A model generated the notes under the pieces. It was not told where the DNA came from. It saw only the letters and a list, made by a program, of their open reading frames with translations, and ran no database searches. Below, piece by piece: positions 13,201 through 25,200 of a stretch of 64,000 bases of DNA. The DNA comes from Chiloscyllium plagiosum (lineage: Eukaryota): positions 2,676,996 through 2,740,995 of the forward strand of contig NC_057718.1 of the NCBI RefSeq assembly GCF_004010195.1. Reading direction: 5' to 3'. The translations under genes and the position numbers were made by a program. How positions within the stretch are numbered: position 1 is the first letter of the stretch; every line of letters begins with the position of its first letter.

Positions 13201-16200
13201 ATCAAACCGAAGAAGAAATGGGATTTACCCTTGTGAGGAGTCCTTTACTGATGAACACAGCTTTTGTTTCCAAAGGAAAAATGTGAGCAGGACAATGCAG
13301 ATCAAGACAGTGAAGCCCAGAATAGTGCCAATGATTAAAATGGAATCTGAAGTCCAGGGAATACCATGAGAAGACTCTTCTGTAAAATATCAGAATGTTA
13401 CACACACACACAGTCACTTCAGTCTGGCCAATGTCTAAGATTGTCAACATTAATTTTGATTTCCTCACGACAGTAACTCCCCTCCTGACTCCCCAAAGCC
13501 TGCCCACTATCGACAAGGCACAAGTCAAGAGTGTGATGGAATACTCCCCACTTGCCTGGATGGGGGCAGTTCCAACAATACTCATGATCTTGTCATTATC
13601 CAGGTCAAAGCAACTGACACCATTGGCCACCACAGCTGCAAGCACTCATTCTCACCACCACTGACTCCCTGCTGTGCACTATCTATGAGATACAGTGCAG
13701 AAATTCACAAAACATCCTCAGGCACACCTTCCAAACCCACAACCTCCTCCATCTAGAAGGACAAGGGCATCAGATACATGGGAACACCACCCCCTGCAAG
13801 TTCCTCTCCAAGCCACACCCCATCCAGCCTTGGGAATACCTGGCCTTGATGACCATTCTGCCCTTCCACTGATGAAGCACAGCAGCCGGGTGCTCCCTCC
13901 CCTGGTCACACCGGTGTTCCCTCCCATTGACTTACCAGTTACAATAAGCTGGCTCCCTGCTCCATAGATGTAGCTCCACACACTGCAGCTGTACACAGCA
14001 GTATCATTGAGAGTCACATTGACAAGGCTCAGAATGTAACTGTTCCTGCTGACATTCCTGGAAAGCTGAACATGATCGGGGAAACCCTGGGCCTTGGTGA
14101 GGGTGCCATTCACAAAGTGGCTTATCACCCACTCCCTGTTGCTGCCAGGTCGCTGGTAGTGCCAGTGGACATCAGTGTCAGTCACACTGGCATTGTTCAT
14201 GGCACACTCAAACTCGACAGTTTCACCCTCTGCCACCTTGCTGACCACTGGATCCTGAATGAGGACTGGATCAGCCAATGGGTCTGTTCATATTGAAGAG
14301 AAAAAAATAATATAACTGGAATTGTAACATTTTATAAAATCTTCTCCTGGTTAAATGATGATTTGCAGAGGATGAACTGAAGCTTCCTGTGTGGATATTG
14401 CTCTTTGTAATTTGAGGGGGAATGATTTGAAGCATATCCATCACTGAATGCTTTCCAATTTGCTGCAGTGATTCATTCTGTGAATAAACTATCAAGAGGA
14501 GAATTTCACAATGGTCACAGCTGACTGATTGGAAGAGATTGAGCAGCCATTTAAAAAGTTTCATTCTCACTGAAAATGAAAGAAAAAATGTTGGAAGTTT
14601 CAAACAGCCTGTAATCGATGCTCCCTGAGCACACCCTCTCTGATTCACTGTTGCTCCATCCGATTCTGTATCCTCACAGTGTGCAAGGCTGTGGGGAGAG
14701 AGCAGGACATTGATAGTTGGGAATGATGCTCATTTGAAGAGTCAGTGCAGACAGGATGGGCTGAATGGTCTCCTTCTACACTGGAATGTTTCTGTGATTC
14801 TCTGACTCTGTCCCTGAGCCAGATAGACTCTGACTGCACTTGCCTGGAATTGAGTCAGCAATGGGCAAAGTGAAGCCCTTCTGTTCGGAACCTCAGACTT
14901 TCCCTTCCATTCCTGACCAGGGTTATTATCCCAGGGTTGGGGGAATCCTTGGGGTCAGGTCCCAACCTGTGACATTGGACTCACTGTTAGAAAGGCCTGG
15001 GACCCACACCATCCTCACCTGCAGTCAAAGCCTCCTGTCCCTGATCCACGACTAATCTCCAATTCTTGAATCCATTGGGTGGGAGCACCCTCAGGAGAAA
15101 GGTTTCCAGGGAACTTTCCCCTTCCCTGATGTGACCCAATGTCTGCAGCTCAGACTCCAGCTCCTCAACTTGGATCCAACTTCCTCGAGCTGCAAACCCT
15201 TCCTCCAAATGTGTTCACTCTGGATCCCATTGGGCTCAGAGGGACCTTCATTGAAACCTGTAAGATCCTGAGGGGACTTGACCCGGTGAACGTGTAAAGG
15301 ATGGTTCCTCTTCAGGGAGAATCTAGAACTAGGGGGCAGAGTTTAAAAATAAAGGATTGCACGTTGAAGATAGAGATGATGATCTTTTTTTCTCAGAGGG
15401 TTGTGAGTGTTTTGAATTCCCTTCATCAAAAGGCAGTGGATGCAGAATCTTTAAATGTTTTTAAGGCAGAGGAAGGGAGATTCTCGATGACTCGGGGGTG
15501 GAGGGGGGGGGGGGGGGGGTGAAAGGTGAACAGGGATATGTAGGAATATAGATATGAACAGCCAAATGACTCAGTTTGAGGGCAATTAGGGATGAGGAAC
15601 AAATGCTGGCCTTGTCAGTGATGCCCACATCCCATCAGAAAAATGGAAAACAATTCCCTGATGAACAACATCCTGGGAGTCCACACTAACCTGTCCATTA
15701 ACTGGAGCAGTGTAACAAATACTGTGGCTACAAGAGCAGGTCGAGGTGAGTAGCTCACACTCTAACACCCACAGCCACCCTACCATCTATCGACAAAGCA
15801 GAAATCAGGAGGATGATGGAACAACTTGCCTGGATGGGTGCAGCTCCAACAACACTCAAGAAGCTTCATGCCATCCAGAAGAAAGCAGCCCGCCTGATTG
15901 GCCCCACAACTAATACCTTCTACGTTCACTCCCTTTTAAACTGATGTACAGTGGGTACCATCTACAAGACGCCCTTCTGTAACTCACCAAAACTCCTCCA
16001 ACAGCAGCTTCTGAACCCACAGCCTCTCCATCTGAAAGGACAAAGGCAGCAGGTACATGGGACAGCATCTCTTTCAGGTTCCCCTCCAGAGTACTCACCA
16101 TCCTGAATTGGAAATACTGTATACAACTTGTGGCTATAAAGGTCAAATTTTTAAAATTATTTTTAAGCTGAAATTAGGGGTGGACTATTACAGGAGTATT

Positions 16201-19200
16201 GCATTCAAGGGGATGAAATTCATGTTTGCTCTGAGTCAAAAAATAGACAAGCAAGAGCCAGATCTCTTTATAAAATAATAAACAACAAAAGGAAAAATAA
16301 CTATGGCCATTATTGAATATTTATCTACAAAATAACTGTCCCAACCCTCCAACTCAGCACCATCTTCCTAACCTGCAATCTTCTTTATGACCTCTCCGCC
16401 CCCACCCCCACTCTGGCCTATCACCCTCACCTTAACCTCCTTCCACCTACCGCATTTCCAACACCCCTCCCCCAAGTCCCTCCTCCCTACCTTTTATCTT
16501 AGCTGCTGGACACACCTTCCTCATTCCTGAAGAAGGGCTCATGCCCGAAACGTTGATTCTCCTGCTCCTTGGATGTTGCCTGACCTGCTATGCTTTTCCA
16601 GCAACACATTTTCAGCACATTCTGTATATACTCAAGCAATAGTTGAATTTTTTGACGACTTTTTAAGGTTAAATTTATGGGGTCGACTATTACAGGAATA
16701 CCACATTTGAGGATCTGAATTTCATGCCTGTCAAAATTCATACTGTTTTGTTGGCAGAAGCCCAACTGACGTATAAATAAAGAAAAAAAATCACAAGAAT
16801 TACACTTATTCTGAAAATCTGGATCGGAGTAGGATGGCTGGTGGATTGGACGTTCTGGAACGGAATGGTATAGCCAGCAGACTGGAAAGCTGGAGTGGAG
16901 TGGAGTGGAATGGGCAGGCACACTGACTCATCAATGTTGATCTGTTAACTGTGAAGAACTAGGGTTGACTTTTACATGAGATATATGGAAAATTCCAGAT
17001 TTTTGGACCAAAAATAGGAATCGACTTTTACATGAGATTGACAAATACTCGAGTATATACAGTGTATCATCATAATTTCTTCAGTGTCACTGGGTCCAGT
17101 GACAGAACACCAAGTGGACCACAACAGCTCAGGAAGGCAGCTCACCATCACCTGCTCAAAACATACAAAATCGGGCATGGATTTGGCCATCCAGGCCATT
17201 GGGCCTACACCACATTTCAAAATAATCATGGTCGATCATCCAACTCAGTCTCTTGTTCCCACGTTCTCCCCTTACCCTTTGAACCCTTTAGCCCTCAGAA
17301 CCATATCTAACTCTTCCTTGAAGGCATTCAATGTTTTGGCCTCAGCTGCTTCCTGTGGCAGAGAAGACATTTCTTCTCAAGGGCCATTCACGATGGACAA
17401 CAAGTACCAGCCCAGCCAGTGATGGCCCCATCTCAAGAATGAATGAAACAAAACCAGACAGAGACAGGAGAATGTTAAATCCAACACTGAGAACAAACGA
17501 GATGGAGAAGCAGAAAGAGAGAGAGACAGAGAAAGGATTTGAGATTGAGGAACCGGTCCAAGAGGAGAAACAGTTAATCTATCTGTGAGTAAAAACCGAG
17601 AATTGTTCGATGTTTATGTCGAGCTCTCTGCTTTCTCTTTACCAGAAGAATTTAACACATTCTCCTCTCCAATAAATCCATGTGGAAATGGTTACTGTAT
17701 CAGATTATTCTCAGGTAAACAAGACTTACCTGTTACATTCAGCTGGGTTCCATTCCCACTGATGTCTCCCCACGCTTTACAATAATAGACCCCAGTGTCA
17801 TTGGGCTGCGTGTTCGTGATGGTCAGAATGAAGCTGTTATTGGAGGGTTCTCTGGAAGACTGGAATCGCTCAGTGAATCCTGGGCTCCATTGTGTGATGT
17901 TCCTCATGTCATGTGTTAAAACCCACTCCATCTTATTCCCTGGTTTCTCACGGTCCCAGTGAACATTGGTGTGTGTCACTGAAGCATTCCTCATGGTGCA
18001 CTGTAACCGGGCAGTGTGAGCCTCGGTGACACGTTCCAGGCTCGGAGACTGGTGAAGGACTGGGACATTTACATCTTTAACAGAAAACGTGTGAATAAAT
18101 TAAAACTGATTTGAACGTTCTGAAGGACTTCAATTTAGAGTTAATGAGAAAGGACAGATGGTAAGTTTATCAGAGTGAACCAGTGGGGTTAATTATTCAA
18201 AATAAGCATGACATTATAGACCATAAGGCCATAGGATATAGGAGCAGAATTAGGCCATTCAGCCCATCAAGTCTTCTCTGCCATTCAATCATGGCTGATA
18301 TGTTTCAATCCCATTCTCCTGCCCTCTCCCCATAACCCTTGATCCATTTGCTCATAAGAGCCTGTCTATCTCTGTCTTAAATATACTCAATGACTTGGTC
18401 TCTACTACAGCTCTCTGCAGCAATGAGTTCCACAGATTTACTACCTTTTGTCTGAAGAAATTCCTCTTCATCTCAGCTGTAATTGACTGTAATTCACTGT
18501 AAGGCTGTGCCCCAGATCCTACTCTCTCCAACAAACATCTTCTCCACGTCATTCTATCCAGGCCTCTGAGTATTCTGTGATGAGACAAACTGTGTTTGCT
18601 GCTCACAATGTGGGGTCCTCTTCATTTAGGAAATGAAACACAGACTGGGTGACCCATTCTCAGAACACCTCCATACTGTCCGCAATAAAGGCCCTAAGTT
18701 CCCAGGTGCTTGCCACTCCAACACACCACCATGTTCCTTGGCCTACATCTCTGTCTCAGTCATGTTGCAGTGTTCTCGTGAAGCTCAGAGCAAGCTGGAA
18801 CAACAGCACCTCATTTTCCACTTGGTTACCCTGCAGCCTTCTGGAATCAATATCGAGTGCAACAATTTTAGAGTCTGAGCACTTTCCCCTTGCTTTCCCC
18901 CTCCCCCACACACCACGCCTTATCATTACTCAGGCAGCTAACACACACTACCCATTGTCAGACACTAACTGCTCCCTTCAGCAGCTGCTCATTCCCCCAG
19001 ACTGACTATTACCCACTGCTTTGTCTTGCCAACAGTTTTTCTCTCACACTGGGCTCTACCCCATTTTCTGTATAAAAACCAGAATTTTCCTTGTTGCTAT
19101 TAGTTCTGTACAAGTGTCACTGGACCGCAATATTAATTCTGATTTCTCTGCATAGAGAATCTGCTGCCATATTTGTTGAGATTTTCCAGCTATTTCAGTT

Positions 19201-22200
19201 TTTATTTTCAGAAATGAAATCTGAAACAGTCTCTGAGTGTTATTGTTTGAAAGACAAAATATTAATGAGGAACTAATGTCTATCCCAAATACCAGGCGAT
19301 GAGCAATGGACAGTGGTCCATCAGGTGGTCACTCCATCTGAGGACCAGAATGAAATTTTACAAACTAGCTCATCAAATTCCAGTGGCAGGTCATTTACTG
19401 ATGAGGAACACAGTCGGGGAATTTCTATTGGTCAGGGTTATGTAAAGATGTTACATTTTACCAAGCAAGCTGGCCCATGTCAGGACTGGGTGAACCCCCA
19501 ACCCTCAATTAAAGCTTCACCTTTAATCCCGATGACAACTTTTGAAGAAACGTTCAGCAGGGTCTTACTAGATTGTGCAGGAGCCCAACCTAAATCCAGT
19601 AATGACAACCAATGGACCACTGCAGTGGTTCAAGAAGACAGTTCAGCACCACCTTCTCAAGGGCAATGCAGGATGGGCAATAAAGGCTGGCCCAGCCAGT
19701 GACACCCACATCTCACAAAACAATTAAATAAATTACTGCACCTGAGCTGACCTTCCTCCCCACAATGAATCCATCCCCGAGATCACTCTCCATCACCTCC
19801 TCAATCTTCTTGGTCACAAACTGATCTCCAATTCATTCATTGGGCAAGAGGTAATTGCTGGAGGAGATTATCATGTAAACTCTACTTACCAGTGATATTG
19901 AGCTGGCTTCCTGTCCCATAGATGTTTTCTAATACTGAGCAGTAATATACCCCAGTGTCACTGGGCTGCACGTTTGTGATAGTCAGAGTGAAGCTGTTAC
20001 TGGAGGAGTCTCTGGAAGGCTGGAATCGCTGCATGAATCCTGGGGTCCATTGTATGGAGCCATTTCCTGGATGTGTTAAAACCCGCTCCATAATTTGCTT
20101 TGGGGACAGTCGGTACCAGTGAACATTGGTGTGTGTCACTGCGGAGTTCCTCATGGTGCACTGTAACCGGGCAGTGTGACCCTCAGTGACACGTTCCAGG
20201 CTGGGAGACTGAAGAAGGACTGGACCAGTGATGCCTTTAAAGAAAAAGATAACAATATGTTTATTCCCACAAGAGCAGATTCTCTGTACTGCCATATTGA
20301 AAAGATCTGAAAAGGTGATAGGAGTTTTGAGTTAAACAGACAGAACACATTGTTATGGTAAACGATTGAGATGTATCTGTGACTGATTCAGATGACAAAA
20401 AAATTCATCAACATAAACAGAAATAATTAAATAAATAGTGTATTTAATAATATTTCTCAACTCTCGTCATGCCAATTTTATCTGCAGCTGGTTCAAAACT
20501 CCGGTTCACTTCCATCTGGAAGGACAAGAGATACATGGGAACACTATCCCTTGCAAGGTCCCTTTCAAACATACATCATCCTATCTTGGGAATATATCAT
20601 TGTTTCTTTGTAGTGACTGTAATGAAGTTAGCAAGGTGAACGTCATAGAACATGAGTTCCCTGACTGGGGCTGTTAACCTGGTCCAATCAGGGAGCCCTG
20701 GCTGACAGATAACAGGAGTGTAACACAATGGAGTTGTTCAGGGAGAGGTGGGAGTCGCAGGGAGTGGAGTGCATTATTTCCCCCTCCAGCTCTATTTTGA
20801 TTTAATCCCTGCCCTCCCCTTCACTGTTTGATCACACAGCATTGCCCTTTGTGGAAGGCACTGCTTGTCACTGGCCACTCGGGTGCTTTCCTATCTTCCT
20901 GGTGGTGGAAATTGAATAAAGATTCGTACACCTTGTGTCTCTCACTGTGTCTCACACCTGCACACACAAAAAAAAAACAGGAGTGTCTGATCACAAAGCA
21001 TTGCAAAAAAAAACCAGGAGGGTCAGGGGTTCTATTCACTCTGAGAGCTGCCTCTGAGGGAGCTGGACCTGTGCGTGTGTGTGTTCAAGAAATCTCCTCC
21101 TTGACTATGTCTGAGAAGAAGGGGACTGTCTTTGGACCAAAAAAAAGAAAAAAAAAACAAGAATGTTTGGGGATCTGCTTGCTATGATCCAGGCCAGACA
21201 CACCTCAAAACATTTCAAGAAAGTGACTCAGACCCTAAATTTACTGTTGTTTTGAGCAGGTATAACATGGATATTGCAGAAGGGATGCAGTTGATCAAAC
21301 CACGTACTTTTAAACAAAATAAAATTTATTTACAAGATTCTGAGTGAAACACAAACAAAAGAGAACAGAATACAGAATAACTTAATGAATCTGAAAACCC
21401 AGCAGATCGTCCCAACTTAATGATGCTGTTCCAAATATTTGCAGCAATCCCAATAAACACCTCTTGGCACAAAAGGTAAAATCAAAAACAGTGTCTTACA
21501 GGAGAGAAGTCAGAAAGAGGATCAGCATAGACCTGCTTCTTTAGGTCCAGCTGGTTTTACAATTGCTTGACTGCTTTCAGTGAATAGCCAGACTGCCAAA
21601 ACCAAACCAAACCAGAGAGAAGCTGCCTATCACACTTCCCCCCCTTAAAAGAAATTAACCATCAGTATCCAAAGAGGGCTTCATTTTAAAAATCCTTAGT
21701 TCTGAACTTTTAGCACTCCATAACACACACATAATATATTACATTAACAATATTCATGCAAACGTGTTCTACTACATTCTGTTTCAGTCTGTTTACTCCT
21801 GTCAGCGAATGCCTCTGTTTCTCATTCAAATCTCGACAATGTATAAAGTTAAAAATCACACAATACCAGGTTATAGTCCAACAGGTTTAATTGGAAGCAC
21901 ACTAATTCGAAGCGTCGCTCCAAAAGCTAGTGTGCTTCCAATTAAACCTGTTGGACTATAACCTGGTGTTGTGTGATTTTTAACTTTGTACACCCCAGTC
22001 CAACACCGGCATCTCTGAATCACGACAATGTATCGGCAGTCACAATTTCTCGACCTGCCACATGCACAATTTTCAAACTGAATGGCTGTAACAACAAGCT
22101 CCATCTAAACAATCTGGAATTTTTGTCCTTAAATTTCTCCACAAAATTCAATGGGTTATGTTCAGTGTAAATGATTGTCTCCGATAACATGACTGGTAAC

Positions 22201-25200
22201 ATGAACATTGAAATGTTGTAAAGCCAACACCAAGCTCAAAGTCTCTTTCTCAACTGTCAAATATTTCTGCTGATGAATGTTCAATTTCCTAGAGAAATAC
22301 CCAATAGGTCTTTCTATCTTCTCGTCATCTTCCTGCAAAAGCACAACACTGACACCCACATCACTTGCACCGATAGCCACCTTGAATGGCTTTGTGTAAT
22401 TAGGTGTGGCAAATACTGGGGCAGTGGTTAGCACAGCTTTCAGGCTGTCAAATGCCTTCTGATAGTCTGCTGTCCACTGAAACTTCTTGTCTTTCTTTAG
22501 CAATTCAGTGGGTGGAGCAGCCACACTGCTAAAATTTTGTACGCATTTTCGATAAAATCTACTCAATCCCATGAATCGTAGTACTGCTCTTTTTGTCGAT
22601 AGTGTGGTAAATTCTCCAATTCCCATTGTTTTTGCATTCCGTGGGGCTATTGTCCATGTCCAATAACATGGCCCAGAAGATGATTTGGGCTTTGACAAGT
22701 TCACTCACAGCCATGTTTCACACCAAGCCTGCCTACTGAAGTCGATCGATCAAGTTGGATAAATGTTGCAAATGTTCCTTCCAGGTGTGACTAAAAATCA
22801 TCAGGTCATCAATGACACAATTGGGTATTGGGGCAATGAACTTATTGGTTAGTCTCTGAAATGTGGCTGGCACATTTTTCATACCAAGTGGTATGACTTT
22901 AAATAGGTACAGTCCATTTGATGTTACTGAAGCCAAAATTGCCTTTGCTCCTTCTGACAAAGATATCTGCCAGTATCCTCTGAGTGAGTCAGACTTAGAA
23001 ATATAGGTTGCTTTTCCCACCTTCTCAACATGGTCTTCCAAACATGAATTCAGATATGCATCAGTCTTTGTAAATGCATTGACCTTGCAATTTCCCACAT
23101 ATATCCATTGGGTACCATCTGGTTTTGACACATTACCATGGGTGAGCTCCAATCATTGTAACTCACTTCGATTATGTCATCTTGGAGCATGCGTTCAATC
23201 TCCTTTTCAACCTGTGTCAACTTTAGAGAGTCATGCTGACAAGGATGTTGCTTAATTGGAACAGTATCTCCTATATCTACATCATGCATAATTAGGTTCA
23301 TACTTCCCAGCTTATTTCCACATATCTCCCCATGTGATAGTCATATCTCTTTCAGGTAATTTTGATTTTTCTCTGGAATGTAATTCAATAATTTATCCCA
23401 ATTTTTGACAACTTCCTCACTGTCCAATTTAATTTGAGGAATGTCCAGTTAAGAAGCCACTGAACTTGGTTTTTCACTCTGTGTTGTAACCAGTAACACA
23501 TTCTCCTCTTGCTTTCCTTCCCTGTCAAAATACCTTTTGAGCATATTTGCATGACGCACTCTGTGAGATTACTTTCAGTTTGGAGTCCTTATCAAATAGA
23601 CCGGCTCATTCAAATTCCCTTTGACTTAACAAGGTCGATTAAACCTTATCTCCAACAGCAAATTTGTGATTTTTTTATTTCTTATCTGTTTCCTGTTTCG
23701 TTGTATTCTGTGATACGTTTAAATGCTGTCCAGCCAATTCCCTAACTCTATTTAATCATTCCCAAAAATTTGACACATAGTCCAAATGTCTGGTCTCTGA
23801 ATTATGACTTACCAATTTCTCCTTAATCAATTTTAATGGTCCTCTCACTTCATGTCCAAAAACTAATTCAAATGGGACTGAATTTGGTCGATTTATTTGA
23901 TGCATCTCTGATTGCAAAAAGTACAAAAGGAATTCCTTTCTCCCAATCACCTGCCTTGACTATAAGTCCTCAACGTGGTCTTTGTTGTCTGATGCCACCT
24001 TTCGAGCACTCCCTGTGACTCAGGATGGGACGCAGTCGATTTGAATTGTTTTAGTCTTACACTGTCCATAACTTCCTTGAATAAGTTTGATGTGAAGTTT
24101 GATCGTTGATCTGATTGCATCTCTGTGCATAATCCTTTTTTAATGAAAAATTTGAGTAACTCCTCTACTATCCTTTTTGCTGTGATACTGCAAAATAGAA
24201 TGGCCTCTGGAACTTTTTGTTATGGTAAATCTTATGCCATCAATTAAGACTTTTGTTAAAGGTTCCTCAAATGCAGGTATAGGTATTAAAGGGTCTTACT
24301 TTTGCCTGTGGTTTTCCAATTACCTGACATATACGATAGGTCTGACAAAGTTCAACTGCAACCTTGTGCAATCCAGGCCAGTAAAAATGTTTTTATATTT
24401 TAGCTTGTGTTTTTTTCACTCATAAATAACCCCCTAGTGGGAGCTCATGTGCCGCTCACAGCACTACCATTCTATAACCAACTGGCAATGCAACTTAGAG
24501 TCATAGAGTCATAGAGATGTACAGCATGGAAACAGACCTCATAAATAACCCCCTAGTGGGAGCTCATGTGCCGCTCACAGCACTACCATTCTATAACCAA
24601 CTGGCAATGCAACTTAGAGTCAGAGTCATAGAGATGTACAGCATGGAAACAGACCCTTCGGTCCAAGCTGTCCACGCCGACCAGATATCCTAACCCAACC
24701 TAGTCCCACCTGCCAGCACCTGGCCCATATCCCTCCAAACCCTTCCTATTCATATACCCATCCAAATGCCTCTTAAATGTTGCAATTGTACCAGCCTCCA
24801 CCACTTCCTCTGGCAGCTCATTNNNNNNNNNNNNNNNNNNNNNNNNNNNNNNNNNNNNNNNNNNNNNNNNNNNNNNNNNNNNNNNNNNNNNNNNNNNNNN
24901 NNNNNNNNNNNNNNNNNNNNNNNNNNNNNNNNNNNNNNNNNNNNNNNNNNNNNNNNNNNNNNNNNNNNNNNNNNNNNNNNNNNNNNNNNNNNNNNNNNNN
25001 NNNNNNNNNNNNNNNNNNNNNNNNNNNNNNNNNNNNNNNNNNNNNNNNNNNNNNNNNNNNNNNNNNNNNNNNNNNNNNNNNNNNNNNNNNNNNNNNNNNN
25101 NNNNNNNNNNNNNNNNNNNNNNNNNNNNNNNNNNNNNNNNNNNNNNNNNNNNNNNNNNNNNNNNNNNNNNNNNNNNNNNNNNNNNNNNNNNNNNNNNNNN

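Noticed and set aside
14271-14648. ORF with MKLFKWLLNLF as a leader for V4
   Set aside because: No convincing phase-1 donor after a hydrophobic stretch; V4 has its own acceptor compatible with V3.
24419-24657. ~119-bp direct repeat spanning the Gypsy/CR1 junction
   Set aside because: Near-identical copies close to an N gap; most likely an assembly overlap rather than a TSD.
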